NCBI GenBank assembly: GCA_965249725.1
Contig: CBDFMQ010000002.1
Coordinates: 1,984,001-2,048,000 of the forward strand
Source: Longimicrobiales bacterium
GTDB lineage: Bacteria > Gemmatimonadota > Gemmatimonadetes > Longimicrobiales > Gaopeijiaceae
Direction: 5' to 3'
Length of the DNA: 64,000 nucleotides
This document shows, in pieces, positions 45,446-55,126 of this stretch (position 1 is the stretch's first letter; each line of letters starts with the position of its first letter). A program made the position numbers and the translations under genes. The notes beneath the pieces were generated by a model, which saw nothing but the letters and a program-made list of their open reading frames with translations, was not told the DNA's origin and did not search any database.

Positions 45446-47631
45446 TACTGCTCCGACGGAAGGAAGCGGCGGCCTCCCAAGGCCGTCGTACGGAACGCCG
45501 CAGCCTCCTCGGCCAGTTCGTTGATCTGATCAGTGGGCACCCCCGCCAGCGCCGCTGCGTCGGCGAGTTGGACGAACAGAAACTGATAGTACAGGGGGAT
45601 ATTCAGCGTGCTGCGATCCTGCCAAATCTCCCGGTCACGGATGCCACGGTACTGATAGACGTCATTCACCAATGTGAGATTACGGTCGATGTCGAACCAC
45701 TCGCCTCCCATCCGCGGGGTCCCCTGGGCCCATCCCTCGGGCGCCTCGGCGCTCAGGTCGCGCATGACCAATTTGGTCGCGAGCCCGTGGCGGATGCCCC
45801 AGTCCTGCAAACCGAGATCACCCAACAAACCAGCCACGCTCGCGAAGTAGACCGGGCGCTTTCCGATGGAGTCGTGGATAAAGTTCAGCGCCAGACGATG
45901 GCCACGGTCCAAGTACGCCCCAGCCGGGTAGGTCACTACGACATCGCCGAGCGACAGGTCCAGATCCTCGGGAATTCGGCCCGACCCAACGGCATCGAGC
46001 ATCTCGTCGGTCGCGCCGGTGATGGCCGTTTCCGGCATCGAAGTGGAGGAGTACAGGCCTACCACGAACTCCTCGTTGAACGGCCGCTGTCGCTCCGGCT
46101 CGGTCCAGTCCCGGAGCTGCTTCGGATACCAGTCGGTATAGAGGTATTGGATGACGATGACGCTCACGTCCTTCCGAATCTCCTCGACCTCCTGCAGGTA
46201 CCAAAGCGGAAACGTGTCGTTGTCTCCGTTCGTGAAGAGGATTCCGTAGGGCTCTACGCTCATCAGAAGATCGTAGGCCCAATCCCGTGCGGCGTAGTCT
46301 CCGGTGCGATCGGCCCACGCCCAGTTGTACGCCAGCGGGATCAGGGCGATCAGGAAGACGGGAGCCGCCTTCTTGTACGCCGCGCCACCGCCCCAGTGCT
46401 CGGAGAGGGACGCCCAGAATCCCGCCAATCCGATCCCCGCCAGGTTGCCCCACAGAATGAAGCTGGCCACGAAGAAGTAGTCCCGTTCACGCACTTCGTG
46501 GGCGTACCTGTCCGCGATGTGAGGCGCGAGCGAGAACCCGTGCTTGAAGTTCAGGTAGACGACGAGCCCGAGTGTCAGCGTGGCGGTCAGGGCCACGAGA
46601 TACGCGAATATGTGCCGGTCGGCTCGCCACACTACTAGAAGGCCCATGAACCCCAAAGCCATGAAGAGCATGGTAGCCGGCAAGCGCGCGCCCATGGGGA
46701 GCGCACCGAGATCGGCCCCTCTCGCCCACTGCCAGTCGAAGTATTGGAAGTAGTTGAGCAGTTGATCTCGAAGCGGTGCCTGCCGCTCCGTGAGGGGCCG
46801 CTTGTCGTACTGTTCTCGACTCAATGAGGAGGCCAGGGCCTCACACCCGGCCTTCCCGTTGCTGTAGATGGCTACGGCCACCTCCCCGGCAGACGCACAC
46901 ACCGGATCTCCCTCGTTGATGATGGGGTCCTGAGCGGCGCGGATAGGGAGGAAGACGTTGAACGAGAGGCCCAGGATCACGAGCGGGAGCGCGCGGACCC
47001 AGAACCTCGATGTCAGCAGAACCGCGGGGCCCGCCAAGAGCACGAAGAGGCCGAAAGCCGGCGCCGGCAGCACCGACATGAGGTGGTTTGCGGCACCGAG
47101 AACCATCAGGTAGATCGCCAGAAGCAGCGCCCTCAGGCCGGCCGGTTCGTCCTGCCGGTCATACCATCGCAGCAGGAGCCAGGACACCGCCGCGAGGATG
47201 GCGACGCTCAACGTGTAGACCTTCTCGTTCACGTTGGACTGATTCCACACCGTGTAGGCCGTGGCTCCCATCAGGGCGCCGGAGGCGGCTCCAAGAATAG
47301 CCATCCATCGCTCTTCGACGACCTCGGAGAGGATGCGATGACCGATCATGAAGAAGAAGAAGGTCGCCGTCGCACTCGTCACAGCAGCCAACAGGTTGAT
47401 GCGGACCGCCACCGGGAACCCGAGGGGCGCCAACAGCAGGCTCCAAACGCGGGCTACGGAGACGAACAACGGATTCCCCGGTGGGTGGGGAATCCCCAGG
47501 AGATGGCCAGTGGTGATGTATTCGCTGGCGTCCCACCAGCCCGTCGTGGGTGCGAGGGTCAACGCGTAGAGGGCGAAGACCGCGGCCCCCATGACGGCGC
47601 CCGCTCGGTACGGCGGTCTATAGTCCGTCAT
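45445..47631 (-). CDS. DUF2723 / TMEM260-like membrane glycosyltransferase
   Basis: WDASEYI, GIPHPPGNPLF, EKVY, RERDYFF and FTNGDNDTFPLWY.QEVE..RKDV. Confidence 0.85.
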   Translation of the reverse strand: MTDYRPPYRAGAVMGAAVFALYALTLAPTTGWWDASEYITTGHLLGIPHPPGNPLFVSVARVWSLLLAPLGFPVAVRINLLAAVTSATATFFFFMIGHRILSEVVEERWMAILGAASGALMGATAYTVWNQSNVNEKVYTLSVAILAAVSWLLLRWYDRQDEPAGLRALLLAIYLMVLGAANHLMSVLPAPAFGLFVLLAGPAVLLTSRFWVRALPLVILGLSFNVFLPIRAAQDPIINEGDPVCASAGEVAVAIYSNGKAGCEALASSLSREQYDKRPLTERQAPLRDQLLNYFQYFDWQWARGADLGALPMGARLPATMLFMALGFMGLLVVWRADRHIFAYLVALTATLTLGLVVYLNFKHGFSLAPHIADRYAHEVRERDYFFVASFILWGNLAGIGLAGFWASLSEHWGGGAAYKKAAPVFLIALIPLAYNWAWADRTGDYAARDWAYDLLMSVEPYGILFTNGDNDTFPLWYLQEVEEIRKDVSVIVIQYLYTDWYPKQLRDWTEPERQRPFNEEFVVGLYSSTSMPETAITGATDEMLDAVGSGRIPEDLDLSLGDVVVTYPAGAYLDRGHRLALNFIHDSIGKRPVYFASVAGLLGDLGLQDWGIRHGLATKLVMRDLSAEAPEGWAQGTPRMGGEWFDIDRNLTLVNDVYQYRGIRDREIWQDRSTLNIPLYYQFLFVQLADAAALAGVPTDQINELAEEAAAFRTTALGGRRFLPSEQ

Positions 47632-47726
47632 CCCCTACCTTGGTGTGAGATGTGATGCGCGCGACCGGATTGGCAGGAACTTGTAGCCCATCGGCCCGCC
47701 ACGGTTCCGCTCCCCTACGGTCGGCG

Positions 47727-48998
47727 TCACGCGCCGGCCGGCAATCCCTCCCGACCTACCTGGTCGAGAAGCTCGAGGATTCGATCGAGATCCGAAGGTC
47801 GGTTGTAGATGTGGGTGGACAACCGCATCCAACCGTAGTCGTACTCCCCGATGACTCGCGTTCGGATCTTGGCCGTGCGACTCAAGTGCCTCTGCAGCGC
47901 CAGGGAATCGATACCCTCCATCTTGAACGACACCATCGCGGACGACAGAGCCTCATCCTCCGGCGACGCGATCTCCACTCCCGGCAGGCCCTTCAACTCT
48001 GTTTGGAGGAGTAAACGAAGGTGGCGTACCCGGTCCTCGATCCGGTCGACTCCGAGAACGCCGTGGAATTCGACGGCCGCCAGCAAACCGGCCAGGCGTG
48101 ACTCGTCGAACGTCCCGAAGTGGTTGAAGCGCTGTGCGCCGAGATCGAGGTCGTCCCAGCCACCGGAAGCGAGGGTGGGCCACAGTCGGGTCCGCCAGTC
48201 ACTCGTCATGTAGAGCAGTCCGGTTCCCTGGGGCGCCAGCAGCCATTTGTGAGGTGAGGACGCATAGAAGTCACCGCCCAGGTCGCGCAGGCTCACCCTG
48301 AGCATGCCGGGCGGGTGGGCACCATCTACCGCGAAGACGATCGCCCGGTCTCGACACTCCCGGGCCAACTCGGCGACGGGCAGCATCGTACCCGTCGTAA
48401 ACGTGACGTGGGAGAGCGCCAACACCCGAGTGCGGGGAGTCATCGCCTCCATCACGGCACCCAGCAGCTCATCCGACGAGCGGGCCGGAACAGGGATGTG
48501 CGCCGTGACCAGCGAAGCCCCGCGCCGGGTGCAGATCAACTCCCAGGGCTTGTACCCCCCGATGTGCTCATGGTCGGTGACGACGACCTCGTCACCAGCC
48601 TCCAATTCGAGACCATTGGCCACGAAGTTCATCGCCTCGGTGGTGTTCCTCGGAAAGACGAAGCCCTCCGGATCGGCATCCAGGAGCGCTCCCATGGCCC
48701 CCTTGAGGTCGTCCCAACGGACGCCAGGTGGATACGTGGCGGCGACACGTCGGGTGTGCTCGGCGACCGCCTCCACGACCACGCTGGGTGAAGGCCCCAA
48801 CGTCCCGTTGTTCAGATAGATGCGATCGCTGGGGATGAGGAACTGGCCTCGGACGAACTCCCAGAACTCCTCGTCAGCGGGGGCCCCACCCACCTGCAGG
48901 TCCCGGCCGAGCGCGGCAACGGCACGCGGCCAGGCCAGGGCCGCGGCCCCGGCGGTCTGAAGAAAGCTCCGTCGTCCGATGGTCATCGATCGGATCAT
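47727..48998 (-). CDS. Tat-exported class V PLP-dependent enzyme (isopenicillin N epimerase / cysteine lyase-like)
   Basis: Twin-arginine GRRSFL signal; YLNNGTLGPSP, RNTTEA, DHEH, VDGAH and SPHKW (PLP Lys). Confidence 0.85.
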   Translation of the reverse strand: MIRSMTIGRRSFLQTAGAAALAWPRAVAALGRDLQVGGAPADEEFWEFVRGQFLIPSDRIYLNNGTLGPSPSVVVEAVAEHTRRVAATYPPGVRWDDLKGAMGALLDADPEGFVFPRNTTEAMNFVANGLELEAGDEVVVTDHEHIGGYKPWELICTRRGASLVTAHIPVPARSSDELLGAVMEAMTPRTRVLALSHVTFTTGTMLPVAELARECRDRAIVFAVDGAHPPGMLRVSLRDLGGDFYASSPHKWLLAPQGTGLLYMTSDWRTRLWPTLASGGWDDLDLGAQRFNHFGTFDESRLAGLLAAVEFHGVLGVDRIEDRVRHLRLLLQTELKGLPGVEIASPEDEALSSAMVSFKMEGIDSLALQRHLSRTAKIRTRVIGEYDYGWMRLSTHIYNRPSDLDRILELLDQVGREGLPAGA

Positions 48999-49090
48999 GT
49001 TCGACCCCCTGTGGGAGCGCAAGCCACGAGCGCAAGCGTGAAGACGGCAGGTGGCGGTCCCCTCCGCCCCGCTCTTAGCTTCTCGATCAC

Positions 49091-50188
49091 ATGGGTACCA
49101 TCCGAACATTCCGCGCGGTCAAGAGCTGGCTTACCGGCAAAACCGCCACACGCGAGTATGAGACGCTCTTGAACCGGGGAGACCGGCAAGTGCCCGCCTC
49201 GGTCATCGTGCCGCGCGGTGCGACTGGACAGTTGCCCGGGTGGATCGTGCTGCACGGCATCACCCGCCCGGGACGGTTCCACCCGAATCTCCTTCGCTTT
49301 GTCCGTGCTCTCGCGACGTCAGGCGTCGCGGTCCTGGTCCCGCAAGTGCCGGAATGGAAGAACCTGCGTTTAGCTCCCGAGGTGACACTCCCCACCATAC
49401 GGGGCGCTCTGGAGGGCCTACGCCGCCTCGACGCCACCAACGACGGTCCGTACGGGATCATCGGCTTTTCGTTCGGTGCGCCCCAGGTTCTGATAGCGGC
49501 ATCGCACGACGACGTGGCCGAGCAGTTGGGAGGCGCCGTGGGCTTTGGAGGCTACTGCGACATGGAGCGGATGGTGCACTTCCAGATGACTGGAGAGCAC
49601 GAATGGGAGGGGGTCACACACCGCCTTCGGCCTGATCCATATGGGAGATGGATCATCGGTGGCAATCACCTTACCTCGATCCCGGAGTACCGAGAGGCCG
49701 AAGATGTCGCTCAGGCGCTTTGGCGGCTGGCCGTGGAGGCCGGGGAGCGGCGCATCCTCGCCTGGGATCCTTCGTACGACGCTTTGAAGACCGAGCTGGC
49801 GACGCAGGTATCCTCCGAGCATCGGTGGCTCTTCGACCTGTTCGCTCCCCCATCCGATCGCGAGCCCGACCTGAGCGGGGCCCAGGACATCTCCCGACAG
49901 CTAGCGGTGGCCGTCAAGGAATCGTCGCCCCTGATGGATCCCACTCCCTACCTGACCAGCATCCGCACGCCGGTCCAACTCATCCATGGCGAGGACGATC
50001 AGCTCATCCCCTATACCGAGAGCCTGAGGATGCACGCCTCGCTCCGGGCAGAGCAGAGGGTAGAAACGACCATCACGGCCTTCTTCTCGCACTCGGATCA
50101 GGGGGGTCGCCTCTCGTCGCTCCGGCACGAGATCAGGGAAGGCCTCAAACTGGCGCGTACGCTCAATCGGGTACTGGGTATCGCCTGA
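49091..50188 (+). CDS. Alpha/beta hydrolase fold protein
   Basis: LHG, nucleophile elbow GFSFG, LIHGEDDQLIP and a candidate catalytic His in FFSH. Confidence 0.7.
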   Translation: MGTIRTFRAVKSWLTGKTATREYETLLNRGDRQVPASVIVPRGATGQLPGWIVLHGITRPGRFHPNLLRFVRALATSGVAVLVPQVPEWKNLRLAPEVTLPTIRGALEGLRRLDATNDGPYGIIGFSFGAPQVLIAASHDDVAEQLGGAVGFGGYCDMERMVHFQMTGEHEWEGVTHRLRPDPYGRWIIGGNHLTSIPEYREAEDVAQALWRLAVEAGERRILAWDPSYDALKTELATQVSSEHRWLFDLFAPPSDREPDLSGAQDISRQLAVAVKESSPLMDPTPYLTSIRTPVQLIHGEDDQLIPYTESLRMHASLRAEQRVETTITAFFSHSDQGGRLSSLRHEIREGLKLARTLNRVLGIA

Positions 50189-50219
50189 CCCGATAGGTGC
50201 GGGTGCCGTGCCGTTGACC

Positions 50220-51788
50220 CTACTTGGCGGCGAGCACTTGTTGGACGACGGCTCGCACGTTGGCGTCCTTATCGTCCTTCGCCGCTTCCACCAGACTCAT
50301 GGCATGGGGCGTCCCGATCGAACCCAACGCCGACAACGCCGCCACACGAACTTCGAGGGTGGGCTTCGAGAAGAAGGACCCGACCGCACGCTTCTCGATC
50401 AGTGGCACCGCCGCCGGATCACCCAACTGACCTAAGGCCCGGACTACCTGTTCGATGACGAGGTCGTCGTCGCCATCCTCCAGGATCTTGAGCAGCGGCT
50501 TGAAGGCGCGTTCGGACTTCAACACCGCAACCGCTCGTGCTGCCGCCGTGCGCACGTCGGCATCCGCATCGCTGAGCATGCCCACGACCAACTGGGCCGC
50601 ATCCTCTCCCCCGATCCTCGCCAGGGAAAGCACCGTCTCGCGACGCACGCGCGGGTCCTCGTGGGCCAGAGTGCCTGTTAAATGGGCGATGCCGGTCTCG
50701 CCACCAACCTCGCCGAGCACCGCTACGCCATTCCTGACCACAAACCACCGAGAGTCCTCGAGCATCTCCTCGACGACGCGCATGCCCGACTGCCCGAGCG
50801 CCACGAGAGCACTCACGTAGGTCTTGCGAGCAAGCCGGTCGTTGGTCTCGGTGAGCGCGCCGGCGATGGCGGCTGCCATGGGGTCACCCAGCTTCGCGTA
50901 AGCGTGCACGAGACCTTCCCGCGCTCGCTCCTCACGAACGGCTCCCATCAGAATGGCCATCCGCATCTGAGTGGCGGCGTTCATCAGCTCGTTGGCCAGG
51001 GCCTCGGCATCCGGATCGGGCACTGGCTGGACGAGGAGGGCGTTCATCGCTCTAGCCAAGCCGTCGAGGGCGTTAGCCGCTCGTGCCTCTTCCGCCGCCG
51101 CCCGCACCGGATCGCTGAGCGCGGAGCGCTGGTCGGAAGTGCCCCTCAAATAGTCAGCGACGGCCCCTTCGAGTTGAAGCTCCACGGGTGTGCGAGGCTC
51201 CTCCTCGGGCTCGTCGACGGGGGCTTCCGACTCGATGCCTTCCGTAGTCAATTCCGGAAGCGCATCGACCTCGGGGGTCGGATCCTCGGCTGCTGTGTCA
51301 GGCTCGGCGGGCCCGTCGAACGCCAGGCCGGGTTCCTCGACCCCCGTCTCTACTGCGGCCTCCGGAAGCTCGGTGAAGTCCAACATCGGGTCCGGCTCGG
51401 GCGCCTCGTCGAGGTCCCCGTCGAGCTCCCCGTCGAGCTCCTCGTCGAGCTCGTCGGGCTCCGGGAGCTCGGCGAAACCCGCCATGGGATCCGGCTCAGA
51501 CATCTCGTCGGGCACCTCGTCGGGCACCTCGTCGGGCTTCTCGGGAGCCGGGAGTTCGGTGAATTCCGACGCGGGCTCGGGTTGGGCCAGATCCGCTACC
51601 GGAGGCTCGGCGAAGTCGAGGGCCGGCTCCGGCTCGGGCTCCGACACGGGCCCGGACTCAGGGTCGACCTGGACCGCGGCCGCGTCGGTAGACGGCATTA
51701 CTGCATCCCCCTCGGGCTCCACCTCGGCGAAGAGGGAGTCGATGGAGCGTGCCCATCCCTTGAGTTCGCGGTCGTCGTCTTGAGTCAC
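50220..51788 (-). CDS. HEAT-repeat protein with long acidic Pro/Glu/Asp-rich N-terminal region
   Basis: C-terminal HEAT repeats (DSRWFVVRN, DPRVRRE, DADVRTAAARA, ALGQLGD). About 180 aa of low-complexity acidic sequence precede them. Confidence 0.8.
   Translation of the reverse strand: MTQDDDRELKGWARSIDSLFAEVEPEGDAVMPSTDAAAVQVDPESGPVSEPEPEPALDFAEPPVADLAQPEPASEFTELPAPEKPDEVPDEVPDEMSEPDPMAGFAELPEPDELDEELDGELDGDLDEAPEPDPMLDFTELPEAAVETGVEEPGLAFDGPAEPDTAAEDPTPEVDALPELTTEGIESEAPVDEPEEEPRTPVELQLEGAVADYLRGTSDQRSALSDPVRAAAEEARAANALDGLARAMNALLVQPVPDPDAEALANELMNAATQMRMAILMGAVREERAREGLVHAYAKLGDPMAAAIAGALTETNDRLARKTYVSALVALGQSGMRVVEEMLEDSRWFVVRNGVAVLGEVGGETGIAHLTGTLAHEDPRVRRETVLSLARIGGEDAAQLVVGMLSDADADVRTAAARAVAVLKSERAFKPLLKILEDGDDDLVIEQVVRALGQLGDPAAVPLIEKRAVGSFFSKPTLEVRVAALSALGSIGTPHAMSLVEAAKDDKDANVRAVVQQVLAAK
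51400..51645. repeat. Coding tandem repeats within the acidic region of the HEAT protein
   Basis: 12-bp units CTCGTCGGGCAC (PDEV) and (C/T)CGTCGAGCTCC (ELDG/ELDE), plus larger repeats of EP..(D/G)F.ELPE. Confidence 0.6.
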
Positions 51789-51898
51789 GGGGCATCGGAT
51801 TGGGGGAACAATTGGCCAGCGTCGCCCAATTTAGGCCGCTTGTCGGCGGGGCGCGAGAATATTTCGACGAGCAGGTACTCAGGGCATGGGAACTGTCG

Positions 51899-52867
51899 TC
51901 AGATTTCCACGGTGGTCCCGAGTCCCACTTCCGCGGCAGCCTCCAGGATTCGACCCGCAGCCGCGACGTCCTGGGCGGCACTTCCAACGGACTTGAACAG
52001 GGTCACCTCGTCCGGACTCTCGCGTCCCGGGCGGTCTCCGCTTACCACCTCACCCAGCTCGGCATGAATGCGGTCGAGAGAAAACGCACCTTCTTCGATC
52101 GCCTGCACGAGGTCGCCGGCCTCCGCCATGACCGTGTCCCGAGAGTCCACCACCACTTTCGCGCGCTCGACCAGGACCGCGTCCAATTCTCTCATCTCGG
52201 GAGTGAACGCCCCCACCGCATTGACGTGCGCCCCCGCCTCGACGAGCGCCCCCGGAAACACGGGCCGACGACTGTCGGTGGCCGTCACGATGACGTGTGC
52301 CCCGGCTACCGCACGGCCCGGATCGTCCGTGACGGTCACCTCTACCCCATCGAGTTCGCCTGCCAGCTCCTCCGACTCCGAAAGGGACAGGGAGGCGATC
52401 CGCACCTCGGAGATGGGCCGAACCGCCCGCACGGCCTCGATCTGGGTGCGTGATTGAGGACCCGCGCCGAAGACCGCGAGCACCGAGGCATCATCCACAG
52501 CGAGGACCTCGGTAGCCAGGCCACTCGCCGCGCCGGTTCGCAGTGCGGTCAGGTGAGTCCCATCCATGAGAGCCGACGGCAGGCCGGTCTCGCTGTCCAA
52601 GACCAGCACCAAGGCGTTGATCACGGGCAAACCCCGCTCCCGGTTTCCCGTGAACACCGAGACGATCTTCGCTGCCAGATGCTCCCCGTCGGGCAGGTAC
52701 CCTGGCATGAACAGGCTCACGCCCTTGCCCGTTGATACGCCGAGCCGGTCGGGCACCACCGCGTCACCCGAGGAAAGCTGAGCAAACGCCGCCCTCATGG
52801 CGTCGATGGCCGCAGGCATGTCCATGCAGGCACGTATGTCGGCCGCTGTCAGGATTCGTAGTTGCAT
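51899..52867 (-). CDS. Ornithine cyclodeaminase / mu-crystallin family protein
   Basis: AKIVSVF..N, LTALRTGAASG, FGAGPQ, HVNAVG, FKSVG and QDVAAA. Confidence 0.92.
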   Translation of the reverse strand: MQLRILTAADIRACMDMPAAIDAMRAAFAQLSSGDAVVPDRLGVSTGKGVSLFMPGYLPDGEHLAAKIVSVFTGNRERGLPVINALVLVLDSETGLPSALMDGTHLTALRTGAASGLATEVLAVDDASVLAVFGAGPQSRTQIEAVRAVRPISEVRIASLSLSESEELAGELDGVEVTVTDDPGRAVAGAHVIVTATDSRRPVFPGALVEAGAHVNAVGAFTPEMRELDAVLVERAKVVVDSRDTVMAEAGDLVQAIEEGAFSLDRIHAELGEVVSGDRPGRESPDEVTLFKSVGSAAQDVAAAGRILEAAAEVGLGTTVEI

Positions 52868-52962
52868 GACATCCGTCCCGGAAGAAGGTTGGGCAAAGTC
52901 GTCCGTCCACGGCCTTTCAGCCAGAACCTCTAGCGAATCCCTCTCCGAGAGGACCTATCAAG

Positions 52963-54132
52963 GTGGAACACAGTGAAGTGGTTGTCGTGGGCGGCGGGGT
53001 CTTCGGAGCGACCGCTGCCGTGGAGCTAAGGACCCGTGGTCACGAGGTAACACTCGTGGACCCTGGCCCCCTCCCCCATCCGGACGCCAGCTCCACCGAC
53101 ATCAGCAAGGTCATCCGCGCCGACTACGGTCCGGACGTCTTCTACGCCCGGCTTGTCCGGGAATGCATCGACGGCTGGCACGAGTGGAACGCGGAGGCCG
53201 GACGGACGCTCTATCACGAGACCGGGTATCTGATCCTGGCTCGAGAAGAGATGCGGCCCGGCGGCTTCGAGCACGACAGTTGGGAAGTGCTGTCCCAGAT
53301 GGGGCACCCGCTCGAACGGCTGGCATCAGGCGAGCTCGGCCGCCGCTGGCCGAGCTGGAGTGAGGAGAGCTACCCGGACGGGTACTTCAACCGCAGGGCC
53401 GGGTGGGCCGAGAGCGGCAACGTGGTGTCGTGGCTCCTGGGGAAAGCGCGGGATTCGGGAGTGCGGCTCGTCGAGGGACAGACGATGAAAGCCCTGCTCG
53501 ACAGCGGGTCGCGGGTATCGGGCATCGTCACCGAGAGCGGCGAGGAGTACTCGGCTGACGTGGTGGTAGTGGCCGCGGGCGCGTGGACGCCCACGCTGCT
53601 CCCCTGGCTCGGCGACGCCCTCTGGTGCGTGGGACAGCCCGTCTATCACTTCCAACCGGCGGACCCGACCCCGTTCGATTCGAGAGTATTCCCGCCTTGG
53701 AGTGCGGACGTCGCGAACACCGGCTGGTACGGTTTCCCCATTCAGCCCGACGGGGTCCTCAAGGTAGCCAACCACGGGGACGGAATCCGGATTGATCCCC
53801 GAAGTGAGAAAGTCGTCCCGCTGGAGAATGACGAGAAGTTTCGAGCCTTCTTCGAGGAGACGTTGGGAGGACCGGCCGACACCCCGATCGTCAAGCGACG
53901 CCTCTGCCTCTACTGCGATTCGTGGGACGGAGACTTCTGGATCGACCGGGACCCGGCCCGGGAAGGGTTGGTCGTGGCCGCCGGCGGGAGCGGGCACGGG
54001 TTCAAGGTCGCACCCATGCTCGGGCAGATCACCGCGGATGTGGTTGAGGGGCACGACAACCCGTTCGCCTCGCGCTTCGCCTGGCGGGCACCCGGAACGC
54101 TCACGACCGAAGCCGCGCGATACACGAGCTAG
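52963..54132 (+). CDS. FAD-dependent amine oxidase (sarcosine/pipecolate/fructosyl-amine oxidase family)
   Basis: GGGVFG, STDISKVIRADYG, AAGAW, RLCLYCD (candidate covalent-FAD Cys) and GSGHGFK. Confidence 0.85.
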   Translation: MEHSEVVVVGGGVFGATAAVELRTRGHEVTLVDPGPLPHPDASSTDISKVIRADYGPDVFYARLVRECIDGWHEWNAEAGRTLYHETGYLILAREEMRPGGFEHDSWEVLSQMGHPLERLASGELGRRWPSWSEESYPDGYFNRRAGWAESGNVVSWLLGKARDSGVRLVEGQTMKALLDSGSRVSGIVTESGEEYSADVVVVAAGAWTPTLLPWLGDALWCVGQPVYHFQPADPTPFDSRVFPPWSADVANTGWYGFPIQPDGVLKVANHGDGIRIDPRSEKVVPLENDEKFRAFFEETLGGPADTPIVKRRLCLYCDSWDGDFWIDRDPAREGLVVAAGGSGHGFKVAPMLGQITADVVEGHDNPFASRFAWRAPGTLTTEAARYTS

Positions 54133-54674
54133 GCGTTGGTGCCTAGGGTGGTGCTTAAGTAGTTGTCCACGAGACCTCTCCGGTGATGGATCTCGTGTCC
54201 GGCGACTATGAAGGGAAACGTGCGGATGCTGAACGAGAAGCCGCTCGCCACGCCGGACCGGGTCCACGCCGCGTCAGGCAGTCCTCGGAATAAGGCAAGG
54301 GTCGAGCGCCTGACCGCCTCCAGCTCGGCCGCGAGTTCCGCGAGCGGACGGACCGCAGCGTTCGAGGCCGCCATGTAATCGTCCTGGTCCATCCCGGGGA
54401 GTGTGGCGGCGTCGGCCCGCGCGAACGAGAACGCACGGTGGGCGAAGATGCGCTCAGTGTCGATTATGTGTCCCACGACCTCACGCACGGACCACTTGTC
54501 GGATGCGTACCGATGGGCCTCCAATTCGGGCGAGATCGATGCCAGCAGATCGAGCGTGGTCACGATCTCCGTGCTCAGAATCTCAAGAACGTCGCCGTCG
54601 GGCACCTGGTCTATGTAGGTGCTGTAGTACGCCTCGTATTCCTCTTGGCTCGGGCGTTGGAGGACTACGGTCAT
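54129..54674 (-). CDS. DinB family protein
   Basis: KWSVREVVGHIIDTERIF and AGHEIHH. Confidence 0.88.
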   Translation of the reverse strand: MTVVLQRPSQEEYEAYYSTYIDQVPDGDVLEILSTEIVTTLDLLASISPELEAHRYASDKWSVREVVGHIIDTERIFAHRAFSFARADAATLPGMDQDDYMAASNAAVRPLAELAAELEAVRRSTLALFRGLPDAAWTRSGVASGFSFSIRTFPFIVAGHEIHHRRGLVDNYLSTTLGTNA

Positions 54675-55126
54675 CGAGAACTCCTGGTGAAGAGCAGCCT
54701 GTTGCCCGACGGGAACAGCAGCGTCATCCGGTCGCCCTCCACATACGCGTTGGACGGCTCCCGAGGTGCATCCTCGAGATCGTGGTATACCATCTGCAGC
54801 GGCGCCTCCGGCCGCCCTTCGATGGCCTCCCCCTTTGAGAGGTTGTAGAGGTGCACGAACAAGAGTGCGTCACCCTCCAGTGTGTAGGTGCCCCCCTCGG
54901 CGGAGCCTCTCCTGACCTCACCGTCCTCGCCGACAACGAAGAACAGGACCTGCCAGTCGGACTCCGTGAAGAAGATCCGTCCCTCCGCACGGTGCTCGGC
55001 GCCGTCCTTCATTTGGTACGTGTGCGCGCTCCAGGCACCCTTGATGTTCTGCTCCTGAGCAGATCCCGGAACCGCCCAAGCGCCCAGGGCGACCAGGGCA
55101 CAGACGATGCCGACCAGGGCCCTCAT
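54671..55126 (-). CDS. Secreted hypothetical beta-rich protein
   Basis: Signal peptide ending in AQE; IKGAW and GTYTLEGD (lipocalin-like look). ATGA overlaps on both sides. Confidence 0.6.
   Translation of the reverse strand: MRALVGIVCALVALGAWAVPGSAQEQNIKGAWSAHTYQMKDGAEHRAEGRIFFTESDWQVLFFVVGEDGEVRRGSAEGGTYTLEGDALLFVHLYNLSKGEAIEGRPEAPLQMVYHDLEDAPREPSNAYVEGDRMTLLFPSGNRLLFTRSSR

Noticed and set aside
50682..52067. 461-aa and Ser/Gly-rich 197-aa plus-strand ORFs
   Set aside because: Antisense readings of the repetitive acidic region of the HEAT protein.
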